DNA from: the human T2T-CHM13v2.0 reference genome, Homo sapiens
Assembly (NCBI RefSeq): GCF_009914755.1
Contig: NC_060927.1
Strand: one strand, 5' to 3'
DNA length: 64,000 bases
Below, one piece after another: positions 32,907 through 49,532 of the stretch (its first letter is position 1; every line of letters begins with the position of its first letter). Below the pieces are notes generated by a model, which was not told the origin of the DNA, searched no databases, and saw nothing but the letters and a program-made list of their open reading frames with translations. A program made the translations under genes and the position numbers.

Positions 32907-33195
32907 GGCCGGACGTAGTGGCTCATGCCTGTATTCCCAACACTATGGGAGGCTGAGGCGGCCTGATCACTTGAGCCCAGGAGTTTGAGACCAGCCTGGG
33001 CAACATGGCAAAACCCCATCTCTACAAAAATTAGCCAGGCATGGTGGTGCATGCCTATAGTCTCAGCCACTCAGAAGGCTAAGGTGGGAGGATCACTTGA
33101 GCCCAGACGGCAGAGGTTGCAGTCAGCCCAGATCGTGCCACTACACTCTAGCCTCGGTGACAGAGCAAGACTCTGTCTCAAAAACAAAAGCAAAA
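32907..33195 (+). mobile_element. AluJ-type SINE
   Basis: Full dimer. Confidence 0.88.
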
Positions 33196-33257
33196 ATCTA
33201 TCCTCTGGATTTAAGGAATTTCAAGGCAAATTAGTGATAGTACATTTTTTAAAACTT

Positions 33258-33681
33258 TGTATTTTCCTTGTGCCTCAACATCCCCACAAACAGGCCGTGA
33301 ACACTCTGCCCTGGCAACCAGATGCACCAGTATGATAAGGCTGGTCCCTGCCACAAGTTCCCCTTCATAACCTTCCCTGGCAGTGCCCTAGTGAAATTTA
33401 ACGAAATCACCTCATGCCTTTTGTTTGTGTATCCTGACCCCCAATACAAGCATTTGCCTACAGGTCCTCACTCTATCAGTTATACCTATTTGGCTGAACC
33501 CATTCTTTGGGCTTCTCCCATATGGTTCCCTGCATGGTGTACCTTGCCTCCCTCTCTAGGACCTTTGAGTATAATAAATCCTTTAATTTCATTTACCTCT
33601 CCAAGTATAATTCCCACAGCTATGTTGGAGTGATCCTTGAGGACCCCACAGGGAGACTTACTCCCTCCCCCATTTACCACA
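33258..33681 (+). mobile_element. ERVL-type solo LTR (MER54/MER73/MER74-like)
   Basis: TG...CA termini, AATAAA 33573-33578, 3' end gaggaccccacagggagacttactccctcccccatttaccaca. Confidence 0.6.
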
Positions 33682-33869
33682 CAGAGAGTTATAGATGATA
33701 AGCTGATTATTGGTGGTTGTTGCCATCAGCAGTCAAAGAAAAGAGAATGCCCAGGGTTTTTTTGTTTGTTTGTTTGTTTCAGAGGATAGAGAAGAAAGGC
33801 ATTTTGAGTTTCATGGGACAAGAGTCATTTGAAATGACTCTATAAATAGTGTGTCTTACCATATGTGAT

Positions 33870-34640
<771 letters not shown>

Positions 34641-36586
34641 TATAAAATATTTTAAATGGGTAGGATTACAAGAAGAGTAGATAAAAATACCTTCTTAGAA
34701 AAAGGAAATATTAAAAATCACAAGCTAGATCAAATGGGTTTGGTTTGAGGATTGATAAGTATAATTAAAGTTTGTTCACATAATCCTTTGAGTGTTTTGT
34801 AAGATAGAGTGATCATTATAACAATTCAGTGGCTTCTGAGCACAGCAATGATATGATCAGATCTGCATTTTGGGGAGGTTTATTGAATGAACTGGAGTGG
34901 ATAGAGGCTACAGGTAAGGCAGTCAAGAGGCTTAATCATTTGAGAGTCTGAACTAGGGTAATTACTGTGGAAATTTCAGATAGCAAAAACCACTTGGGGC
35001 CTTGGTAATCTTATCTAGAATCCATTGGCCTGAGACATTAAATATGGGAGAGAGATGGAAGTCAGCTATGACTCCAGCATTTGACCCTGAGTGACTGAAA
35101 ATTTAGAAATATTTATTTCTGGAAGAAAAGGTGTCCTGGTGGTAGCTGTGATGGTTTTAATTTGGCACATGCTAAACAGGAAGAGTGACCATGGGTTTGC
35201 CTGGAACCATTTATGGCTATTGTCCCAGCATAATTATCGTCAAAAGTGCTCTCTTTCATATTCAAAGCTGTCCCAATTTTATACGGTCACCCTAGGAACT
35301 GGAGATGCAGCTGGATGTGCAGAACAGAAACTAGAACCAACAAATCATTTTCATTTATTTCTCAGATGTTTTATTGACCTGAGAGATACAGAGATAAGAT
35401 ACACAAGAAGGCTATAGACAGAAGATAGGAACTAGGTTTGGAAATTCTTTGCACAGGGGTGAACAGTGGTAGCAGAGGGAGTTTCTAGTGAAAGAAAAGA
35501 ACAATGGTGAAAGTAAAAGAGCCAAAAAGATCCAGCTGTTGAGAAGGAAGCTGGCAGTTCAGAAAGAGTGGCAAAGGGGTAAGAATTGACAATAAGAGGC
35601 TGCTACCTTAAGCTATTTGACATGGCCACACGTACCCACAATGGAAAGATGATCTTCCTGCATTGTGAAGGTTGTTCTCATCAACCAAGCCTGCAATGAC
35701 TAGACATTCTAAAGAGAAGAGTGATGGCAATGGAAAGAGGACACATCCACTTGCCAGGTCACTTCTATCAGTTGATGACATGCCATATGTTATGGCTAGG
35801 TCAGCTTTCCACAAGTATGCACATGCAAAATAGAACTTGGGAAAAAAATCTTTGATTTGGCCCTTTACCAAGTGGATCAGTGTGTCAGAGTTCAGTTGAG
35901 CAAAGGTCAGAGTTTAAGTTGAATCTCCAGTCACTCTTTTGAAGATATTTGGTGATGCCAAATTTAATTTAGGATATTATGTAGGTAAGTATTCTGTCAG
36001 TTCATTTATAGTGTGAATTTACAGGATTTAGCCTTAGTCCGAGAAAAACTGGCCCCTGGCCCAGACTATACACCAGGCAGTTCTAAACATATACAATTCA
36101 TGTTAAGGAAAAAACAGATTTACAACTTACATTACTCCTAAATAACATTTATTTCCATGTGACTTGCATGTCTAAATAAAATGAATTTGGCTTAGTAAGG
36201 CTTTCATTTATCTTCATCTAAACGCTTTTCCACCAGTACTCATCACAAGACTCCCCAAGGTTATGAAGCAGATTGATATAGAAACTCCATTTCTAGGACA
36301 AAAACGAGGCACCTTGAGAATGGACCCAAGCCATAATAAACTAGTAATGCATTTTCCCACACAACCATATAAAATACAGTGAGCCCTTGATCAACCTTTG
36401 CACAAAAAGAATTGCTCATTAAGTCTTTGATTTTTTAAAAAATGGCACTTGGTTTTCTAGAAAGAGGATCTGCACACTAACTATTCGATTTGTTTGAATA
36501 TAGTCAGATTATTATGTCTGTGTTTATTAGGCTTAATTTGAAAAGATTTTTGGTTAGTATCTCCACTTCTATGATCAAACACTATA

Positions 36587-36822
36587 GAGTTCAAGACCAG
36601 CCTGGGCAACATAGTGAGACCCTGTGTCTACCAAAAAACTACAAATCTTAGCCAGGCACAGAGGTACATGCCTGTAGTCTGAGCCATTCTTGAGGCTGAG
36701 GTGTGAGAATCGCTTGAGCCCAGGAGGTAGAGCCTGCAGTGAGTAGACATTGTGACACTGCGCTCCAGCCTGGCCAACAGAGCAGACCCTGTCTTGAAAC
36801 AAAAGAAAACAAAACAAAGAAT
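36587..36822 (+). mobile_element. AluJ, 5'-truncated
   Basis: Begins abruptly at gagttcaagaccagcc. Confidence 0.85.
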
Positions 36823-36999
36823 CAGTTGCAGACATGATAGCCTTTATGCTTAAATACCTCAGTATACATTTCTTATTTATCTTATGTAACTACCATACAA
36901 TTCTCAAAATTAAGAAATTAACATGGGTACATTACTATTCTCAAATCCAAATACCTGTTCACATTTTGACAGTTGTCTCAGTAATGTTCTTTATGACAT

Positions 37000-37954
<955 letters not shown>

Positions 37955-38159
37955 AGGGGATTAATTCTATCTTACCTGTTTTCATATCTGTAATTTTCTT
38001 CTTCAACAGTGAGAAAAGTGGCTTCATTTATCTGCAACGTATTTATTTGAGCCTTTTTAGAATACACAGAAAGTTGTTTCAGAATTAATAGCCAGTGCTT
38101 TTGTAGAAAAGAAACCTGTGTATAAAATTTTTTTTGATTATCAAATTATTAACATACAG

Positions 38160-38314
38160 CAATAGTCCTCAACACAGGACATTTTACCTCCCAGGGGACA
38201 TTTGGCAATATCTGACCAGGAAAACTACCAAACATCCTACAATTCATAGGGTAGCCCCACAGCAAAGAATTTATTCAGCCCAAAATGTCAGTAGTGCTGA
38301 GGTTGAAAAACTCG
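38160..38314 (+). mobile_element. MER20 DNA transposon with internal deletion
   Basis: caatagtcctcaac...ccaggggacatttggcaat...caaaatgtcagtagtgctgaggttgaaaaactcg. Confidence 0.8.
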
Positions 38315-38518
38315 ATCACAGAGCAAGGAAAATACCTACTCAAGGAATTAATGTCGATGTTTTTGTCAAACCACTTGAATGTAAGATGCAAGCATCATGA
38401 TGCTTCTCTTCTAAATACTCCTTAAAAAAAAAAAAAAAAAAAAAGAGCATTATCCTATATAATGACAAATCCAGAAACAGGGGCCAGGACCTTTGCAGAC
38501 TCCAGTGGATAGTGTTGA

Positions 38519-38991
<473 letters not shown>

Positions 38992-39354
38992 AGAATACAA
39001 TTTTTCTAGAGAGAAAAATAGGATATAATCTATGAATATGAAAAAAAAAAAATATATATATATATATATATAATTTCCAAAACCTATTGTAATTGTATTG
39101 TGAAAGTTATTCTTAGCTCTTTTTTGATGAATTGAAGTTATTATGCTGAGGTACTTATAAACCAAGGTGATACTCAAATAGAATTCATTAGAACAATATG
39201 GCTTACCTGATGATATATTTATTTCAGGCAGTGTTCAGTAGCAGAAGGTTTTAAAAAATTAAAAAGCAGAATGATTGGAGAGGAAGGAGTTTAGGGGAAG
39301 GGGCATATTTGAAATAGAATGCTGGATTTAATTTATTTCGGTAAAACCACTTAG

Positions 39355-39766
<412 letters not shown>

Positions 39767-40254
39767 TAGTTTTTATTTTGTGTTCCACAACTAGGGTAAT
39801 TGTGCTAAAATTTAGCTGTTACTTGAAGAAAAGTTTCTTTTTGTTTTCCATATCCAGTTAAGTTCCAAGTGAAATTTTTCTGACTGGTTATCAAGAAATT
39901 TCAAAATTGATGAAGAAGTATAGCATTTTGCTCATCTCACTGAATTTCAAGTCTTAATAAGCAATGAGTTATAATCTGTCACTGTCTGTTTATTTTGATG
40001 CTAGAATTGTGAATATATAATTTATGTTAATATATTTTTATAATGTCATCACCATGATTACTAATATATATAACTGTATTTGTATTTTCTCCCAACTACT
40101 AAAATGCTTACTATAATTTGCTTCTAAGTTTTATTTAACTCAGTTGTTCTATGTTGTTTATGCATGTGCAAACATGAGAGAGATTACCAGTCTTTTATTG
40201 TAGATTATAGTGTGATACTAACTCTTGCTTTTAAAATAAACATGTTTTTGTCAG

Positions 40255-40377
40255 ATGACTTGCAGGGTGCACAGTCAGAAATTGAGGCAAAGCAAGAAAT
40301 ACAGCATCTTCGAAAGGAATTGATCGAAGCCCAGGAGCTAGCTAGAACAAGTAAACAAAAATGCTTTGAACTTCAAG
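40255..40377 (+). CDS. SLMAP: SLMAP 123-nt exon, (D)DLQGAQSEIEAKQEIQHLRKELIEAQELARTSKQKCFELQ (coiled coil)
   Basis: TACTAAC branch point at 40216, tttttgtcag| acceptor, |gtgaga donor, phase 1-1. Confidence 0.95.
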
Positions 40378-40409
40378 GTGAGATCAAGATTACTTTGGTT
40401 CTTTAGGGA

Positions 40410-40610
40410 TGTGTGGAGGCAGCACAATATAATTGGGTGGCCCCAAACTTGGAGTCCGGAGGCATGTTCCAGATTCACAACTTTATGAGATATGTGATCT
40501 TGGTATATTTACTTGACCTCTCTAAACTTGTGTTTCAGGTCAGTAAAATGAGGAGAGTTACAGTTGCTCTACCTTCACACTGTTGATGTGAAAATCAAGT
40601 AAGATCTTTA
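40410..40610 (+). mobile_element. MIR SINE
   Basis: gaggcagcac...tgtgatcttggtatatttacttgacctctctaaac...gtaaaatgagg. Confidence 0.7.
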
Positions 40611-41446
40611 CTAACTGAAAGATCTTAATAGTTAATTGCATATTAAGTACAACAGAAGGAAAACTCAAATTTCTAAATTTTTATTATGCCTAATGTTAGC
40701 TAATGTCCTGGCCACATTCTTTTCTAGTAGCTCACTTATCTATAGGTCATAAGCCAGTGGAGTCTGTGCAGTTCCCTAGAGCTTACATTTCTGTATCATT
40801 CATAGTAACTACCTGGTTGCAGACAATTAGTATCTCAAAGAGTCTTAAAATGAGAAAGGGAATGACTTCTGGAGCCCTCATGTTCTCCAAGATGGCCTTC
40901 CTGCCTAGTAGGAAGATTTACATCCCAGGAGGGAACTAGGAACTTCTTGTTACTACTTCTTTCCTTTCCTAATTCTCAAAGAAATTAGAATTGGTATTCA
41001 CTTAACTTGAACCTTTTGGAGGATCCAGGCTAATATATTAAATTACAATGAAAAAATATTTGGTAAATAGCAATTATTTAGTTTAGTGTTTACTATGTGC
41101 TTGACAGTAAATATAAGAATTTTAAGTCTTTTTAAAAAATTAAGTTCAAAATGCTGATTAACAATTATCAAGACTGTTTCTCATGTTAAGAAAAGCACAT
41201 ATTGTCTTGGTGATACCAGGTCCAGAAAACTCCACTACTCAGTTGAATAGATTTATTACTTACTACAGTTCTGTGCTCCTAAAATCTTTAAACTAACTGC
41301 TAATACTGATAATACTTACTGCCTAACTTTTGTTTCTTTCAATAATCTTTTAGGAGAGAATTTTAAAAGAAATTTTCAGCTGCTCAACTCTGAGTACTTT
41401 CATTAATTCACAAAACTATTAATAGATACTGTGTTTTTACTTTTAG

Positions 41447-41521
41447 CTCTTTTGGAAGAAGAAAGAAAAGCCTATCGAAATCAAGTTGAGGAATCCACTA
41501 AACAAATACAGGTTCTTCAAG
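41447..41521 (+). CDS. SLMAP: SLMAP 75-nt exon, (A)LLEEERKAYRNQVEESTKQIQVLQ
   Basis: tttttacttttag| acceptor, |gtatgg donor, phase 1-1. Confidence 0.95.
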
Positions 41522-41572
41522 GTATGGAAGACCCCAAGGCTCTTTGAGATTGTTATTGTGTGTTTGTTTTTA

Positions 41573-41926
<354 letters not shown>

Positions 41927-41946
41927 TCATGGCTTTGATTCTCTAG

Positions 41947-42282
<336 letters not shown>

Positions 42283-42559
42283 TATTTTTTTTTTTTTTTA
42301 AAGAAAATTCAAGGGAAGATTGTCCAGTACTCTCGTATTAGACACTTAGAATGGAAAAAGCAGAGGTGAAGATTTGGAGTTGGTAAGACTGTCACTTTCT
42401 GAGTTATGTCGTGAGTTCCTACAGAGGGCCTTTGGATAGGAAATCTGTTTGAGCTACTCTGCGTCAGCACTTTGAGCTTGCTGGTATATGTATATATTGA
42501 TGGCTGGTGTAGATATATTGCCATCTAATGCTCAGAACACACTTGTATTGCAAGAAAAT

Positions 42560-42851
42560 ATTTTTTTGCTTGTTTTTTTGAGACATAGTCTTGCTCTGTT
42601 GCCCAGGCTGGAGTGCAGTGGTGATCTTGGCTCACTACAACCTCCGTCTCCCGAGTTCAAGTGATTCTGGAGCCTCCCAAGTAGCTGGGACTACAGGTGC
42701 ATGCCACCATGCCCAGCTAATTTTTGTATTTTTAGCAGAGATGGGGTTTCACTATATTGGCCAGGCTGGTCTCAAACTCCTGACCTCGTGATCCACCCAC
42801 CTTGGCCTCCCAAAGTGCAGAGATTACAGGCATGAGCCACTGCACCTGGCC
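42560..42851 (-). mobile_element. AluS-type SINE
   Basis: Reverse Alu. Confidence 0.88.
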
Positions 42852-43919
42852 TCAAGAAAAATTATATATCACGTGGAATAGGATAGTAGTCTCTGCACTG
42901 ATTTTCGTTGATAATGGCTGTTCTTCTTATCACCATTTTGCTATTTCTTTGTCTGGGCTATTACAGGGTTATTACAGAAATTTCCAGAAAGACCCCTGCC
43001 TGTCGAATGTTTACTTCAAGCTTGAGCTCCTGGTATATTATGAGGAAATTATATGATACCCCAGGAGAGGTCTTCCTTTCCCATGCCATTGTAAAATTCC
43101 TAAAGTAAAATTAATTTGCCTTCTTGTCAAAGAAGGAGCCAATGTTGTTTTAAAATTTTAGCTTGAGAGATAGGTGGGGAAGAAATTAAATAGACAAGTA
43201 ATCACTATTCAGAAGAGAAGGGAGAGTCATTGTACGAGGCCCAAGATACTTGCCCAAAAATATCGCAGAGAAAAACTAGTCTTTGGGGTCCTATTTTTTG
43301 AGTGGAACATTTGAGTTATTTAAAATTAGAATTTTATTTTGGTCAGATTAGAATTTCTAGGGTATGTCATATGTGTTTTTAAATTGAAAGCTCTTAAAAC
43401 TCCTATTGTAGTTTAATGTCATTATCCATTAATTTACATAAATCTGATTTGGATCTCTATTTTCATCGTAGACTGTGTAGGGGCAATTTTTCCTAAAGGT
43501 TCTGTGACATAGTGCTACCTTTTTTTTAAAACCTGTCTTGCCCAGGCATTATTGAGTGCCCCCTGGTGCCAGCATGTGTATTTCACGACTGTATCAACAA
43601 ATCATGATCATCTTCTCTGGCCATTGTGCCCTTTCAGATTCCAAACTTGTTACCTCTCAGTCCTTCCTACAAACTTAGAAAGTCTAATATCTTAATGTTT
43701 ACTTATGTAGCAACCTCCCTTTCTCCCATCCCTAAATCCTCTTGTAATTAATTATTTTCCTTTGGAACTTTTTAAATCTACAATTTCCTTATAATATGGT
43801 AACCAATATTAATTTTCTTGTTCTGCGCCAAGTTTGATTTTATACAAATTGTTTCCAGTTTGGGTCATGAGCACAAAACCAGGTATTTTTAAAAATCTAT
43901 ATAACCCTTCAATGAGGCA

Positions 43920-44230
43920 GTATTAATTTTATTAACTCATTAATTCAACCAATAATTCTTGATTGTTTACTGTGTTAGATATTGGGGTATCCCCAATACC
44001 TGACAGCTGTGAGCAAAACAAATGCCCTACACACATGAGGTGTACAGTCCAGTAGAAAAGATAAACAATAAGCAAATTAATAGATAATATGATGTCCAAT
44101 AAGGACTTCAAAGGAAAATAAAGCAGAGTAAAGAGCCAGAGAATGACAGTGAGCTGTTTTTCACATGAGTCATCAGAAAAGGCCTCTTTAAAGAATTGAC
44201 ATTTGAACAGAAAAACGAATCAAGAGCGTC
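43920..44230 (-). mobile_element. L2 3' fragment
   Basis: actcattaattcaacc...cagctgtgagcaaaacaaatgccct...gacatttgaacaga. Confidence 0.65.
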
Positions 44231-44750
44231 AACTGTTTATTGCTTTTATTGCTTACCATTTGACCAAGCAATTCTACACATAGGATTCACCCTAAAAAAA
44301 AAAAAAAAAAAAAAAAAAAGGATTGTATATAGTGTTTAAACACTGAACAGCCTAAAATGTCAAAAATAAAGGGTTGGGCAAATAAGTTATATATACTATA
44401 ACTATTTTTTTGTTGAAAGAGTTTCATCAACAGAAGGATAGGGAACACTGCATATATTGTGATCACTCCCTATTTAATGTTTGTTTTTACATGTTTATAA
44501 ATGCATAGGAAAAAATCCAGAAGGAATATCAGAAGTAATTTTCTGTGTGTTGGGGAGATGAAGATCACTTTGGTTTTTTTTTCCTCTTTGCTATCTGTAT
44601 TTTGACGCTTTCTGCATCAAACGTGGATTGTTTATACACTTTAATCAAAAGCAACAGCTCTGACAACCCAGGTTATGCATTAGCTACAATCCTGTATGGA
44701 TTATTCTTTTATTCTAATGGGCCAAGAAAATGATGGATATACTTTTGCAG

Positions 44751-45071
44751 CCCAATTGCAGAGGTTACACATCGATACTGAGAATCTCCGGGAGGAGAAG
44801 GACAGTGAAATCACAAGTACTAGAGATGAATTGCTTAGTGCCCGAGATGAAATTTTGCTCCTTCATCAAGCAGCAGCAAAGGTTGCCTCTGAGCGGGACA
44901 CTGACATTGCTTCTTTACAAGAAGAGCTTAAGAAGGTGAGAGCTGAGCTTGAGCGGTGGCGGAAAGCAGCGTCTGAATATGAGAAAGAAATCACAAGTCT
45001 GCAAAACAGTTTTCAGCTTAGATGTCAACAGTGTGAGGACCAGCAGAGAGAAGAAGCAACAAGGTTGCAAG
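44751..45071 (+). CDS. SLMAP: SLMAP 321-nt exon, (A)QLQRLHIDTENLREEK...QQREEATRLQ (coiled coil)
   Basis: cttttgcag| acceptor, |gtgaat donor, phase 1-1; matches ORF 44696..45079. Confidence 0.96.
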
Positions 45072-45527
45072 GTGAATAAATGTATTTTACATAAAGCTGT
45101 TAACTTTTGACAATGATAACTTCTTAACTTGTTTAAAAAAGAAACATGCAGGCTTTTTTTTTCTTTGTTAGCTATCAGTTGTATAAACCAATGTTTTTAA
45201 ATCGGAGCTAAAAATGTATTTTCAGGTCTGCAAGTTCTACTTAAATTTATATTTTTTTACGGTTTTATATTTTATTTTAAAATTGTTAAAAATTGCTTGT
45301 CTTATAAAAGTGAAGTGGAAAAAAATACTATTGTTCAAGTACAAGCTGATAGCAGTCCTTGAGGTATACATGCAAAGTAACAGGAATCATATAATTAACC
45401 ATGTAAAATCTACTTGCTTTTAAGGGGGCAAAAAGTATGTTCTCCTCTGAAATCTTTTCCTTTATCCTTTGAAGTATTATGGAAGTTATATTTCTGTATT
45501 AACAAATATGTTTTGGGACTATTTTAG

Positions 45528-45645
45528 GTGAACTAGAGAAGTTGAGAAAGGAATGGAATGCATTGGAAACCGAATGCCATTCTCTAAAAAGGGAAAATGT
45601 TTTGCTATCATCAGAACTGCAACGGCAAGAAAAAGAATTGCACAA
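45528..45645 (+). CDS. SLMAP: SLMAP 118-nt exon, (G)ELEKLRKEWNALETECHSLKRENVLLSSELQRQEKELH (leucine-zipper region)
   Basis: attttag| acceptor, |gtatgc donor, phase 1-2. Confidence 0.95.
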
Positions 45646-46044
45646 GTATGCAAGAACTCTCTGTTTTTCAGATATAAAATATTTCTTTATCTTAAATTTT
45701 CATCTAAATTAAATTTAATTTTAATACTTAAATATTTTACAGGAGCAAATGTTCAGCCCATCTCTGTTTGGCTATTTGGCAGGTTAACCATACTGAATAA
45801 ATACTTCAGCTTTTTTTTTTCCTGCCACCACCATTATCCTACATGTCCTTTCCTTGTACTCATGGAATACAGATTCATTAAATGTCCCAAAGAAACCCTG
45901 AACAAACAACAAAAGTCTGTAATTCATAGTTGAACTTGCCCTGTAAACTAATAAATTTCAAATATCAACTGCTTTTCTTTCACACCAGTGATCTCTTCTT
46001 TTAGTAAATGTGATCAGGAAGTGACTATAATGAAGAATTTGTAA

Positions 46045-46347
<303 letters not shown>

Positions 46348-46578
46348 TGGAATTTGTGCTACTGAAAGATATAAATTAATCTTCTGAATTTCAAATAGGG
46401 TTGTATGAAGGGTAATAATATATAAGACCAATAATTCTCTGAAACCAGTTAAATCTTTCTAGTATCTAATACTTGACAAGCAAATCAGTGAATGCATTAG
46501 ATTTATTCCAGCAAATTTAATGAAGTCCTATTTTACCACCACAGTTTGCCATATTTAAGTTTAAAATGGGTTTATTCC

Positions 46579-46790
46579 GGCCGGGTGTGGACATTATGAA
46601 ACAACATCTCTACAAAAAATACAACAAATTAGCCTGGCCTGTAGTCCCAGCTACTCAGGAGGCTGAGGTGAGAGGATCACTTGAGCCTAGGAGGTGGGGA
46701 CTGCAATAAGCCATGATCACACCACTGTAGTCTAGCCTGGGCAACAGAGCCAGTCCCATGTCTCAAGAAAACATGAATAAAAATAAAAAC
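46579..46790 (+). mobile_element. Internally deleted AluJ
   Basis: ggccgggtgtgg start, right arm, A-rich tail. Confidence 0.8.
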
Positions 46791-46957
46791 AAATGTTTTA
46801 CATTGTTTATAAGATGTAAAAAACTTTGTAAAAGCAATTCCAAAATAGGAATGGGACAAAATAAAGGTCAAAACTATAAATATATGTATATGATATATAT
46901 CATATATGAAATACATATGAGATCTATACATATCTCATATATAGCTATATACATAAA

Positions 46958-47538
<581 letters not shown>

Positions 47539-48249
47539 AAAGTATTGATATTTTAATGATTCAGGCTAGATCCCTTATTTTTAAGATGTGATTAATTGGA
47601 ATCTGGCAGATTCTTAAATACTGTTTTCAATTATTTCAAATTTTAAGTGTTGGGAAGCAAGCCTACAAACTCCTAGTGAGTAGAAGCACATGGTTTAAAA
47701 ATATTAGGCCCCAGAAAGGGGCCTATAAGTCATTGGTCAGATCATCTGCCTAAACTCACATAAAGTATTTAAGACAGATTAATTCTTTTTCTTAAACTTT
47801 TCTGATGCCCTAAATTTGCTTGATAAGCCTCCCCAGCATTTAAGTAGTATTTAGAAGCTAGTCTTCCTTTACAGGGTCTTATGTGCCATTTAATTCCTAG
47901 CTGTATTGGCTTGACAACATCAGACCCACCCCAAAGAATCTGTGAAGTGTACAATCAAAATGGGATTCAGACTCTGTAGTAGTTCAATTACCATAGTGAG
48001 TCTGAGTCTTGAATGATCCATTCTGAAAGATGTAAAACTGTCACCTTGAAAACCTTATACTCCTTTAGCTATTTATGGGAGCCAAATTCCCTAACACAGC
48101 TATACTGTACAGACCTTTTATTTTCTGTTGTCTGGGCTACGGAAGAAGGAATTGAAGAAGGAATTTCTGTTCACACATATCAAGCTGTTCTCCACATATG
48201 TTGTAAGTCAGATTTTTTTTAACATCCAGTTATAAAAGTGATCATAGAG

Positions 48250-48540
<291 letters not shown>

Positions 48541-48544
48541 GTGA

Positions 48545-48810
48545 TCATAGAATTTATTAACCTTGGGAACAGCCTCAGAAGTTAATGAATTCAATCCTGT
48601 TATTTGGCAGTGAAGGGCACTGAGACTCTGCTTGTGTTAGTTATGTCTGTATTACGTGGTATCTGGTATAGGTCTAAGAGCTGAGGAAGTGTTTACTCTG
48701 AAAATGAAATGTACCAGTTAAGTGACTTGCTTAATATCCCCCAGCTAAATAGTGGCAGAGCTAGGGGTCTAGAACTCAGCCTCCTACTTCTTTGTCTTAT
48801 GCTCTTTTCT
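48545..48810 (-). mobile_element. MIR fragment(s)
   Basis: gttaagtgacttgc...cagctaaatagtggcagagctagg. Confidence 0.65.
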
Positions 48811-49275
48811 CAATTTGGTGTGTCTTCTCATTTGAACAGGTTTATCTTTACTTGAATTGACAGTGACTCCTAAGCTTTAAGTTTCTGACCCCCATTCTAT
48901 TTGTCAAGTATTTAAACTTAAAAGAAATTGTTGAAACATGTGTGTTCTTTTCCTGTAGAAGACCTACACTGAGTCTTTTCATGATGAAATTAATACAATT
49001 TGATACAACAAAATATACAGTTAATTACCTCCTATTTCTGTTTTTAAAATTTCAACCTTTGTGTATATTTGATGGGACACACCTTTAAACTTGCATTTTT
49101 TTAGTGTTTTGATGGTTTTTGCTTATTGAATGAAAATATTTCATTCTTTTTTATACTTTTCTTTTTTTCTCTGAAATCCACTCTATCCCTTCTAGTGAAA
49201 TGTATAAGAAACTGGACTTCCTTCTGTGTCCAGTTTCTACCTGTGAATAACTATCTGTCAATATTTATATTGCAG

Positions 49276-49447
49276 TTCTCAGAAGCAGAGTTTAGAGCTT
49301 ACCAGTGATCTCAGCATCCTTCAAATGTCTAGGAAAGAACTTGAGAATCAAGTGGGATCCTTGAAAGAACAGCATCTTCGGGATTCAGCTGATTTAAAAA
49401 CTCTTCTCAGTAAGGCAGAAAACCAAGCAAAGGATGTGCAGAAAGAG
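49276..49447 (+). CDS. SLMAP: SLMAP 172-nt exon, (N)SQKQSLELTSDLSILQMSRKELENQVGSLKEQ...QAKDVQKE
   Basis: attgcag| acceptor, |gtaaag donor, phase 2-0; overlaps ORF 49325..49525. Confidence 0.95.
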
Positions 49448-49526
49448 GTAAAGCGAAAAGACATTATGAGCCCAATTATGGTTGGACTTAAAGCCAAAAG
49501 CAAATCGGATATCCATGCTAGTTAGA

Positions 49527-49532
49527 AATAAA
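49527..49532 (+). terminator. Candidate intronic poly(A) signal after read-through stop
   Basis: AATAAA 1 nt after the in-frame TAG (49523-49525) reached if donor 49448 is skipped. Confidence 0.45.

Noticed and set aside
40201-40254. Upstream AG giving a 51-nt in-frame exon extension
   Set aside because: It lies upstream of the perfect branch point, so it is unlikely to be used
44696-44750. In-frame intronic ATGs upstream of the 321-nt exon
   Set aside because: No TSS evidence; short open extensions are expected by chance
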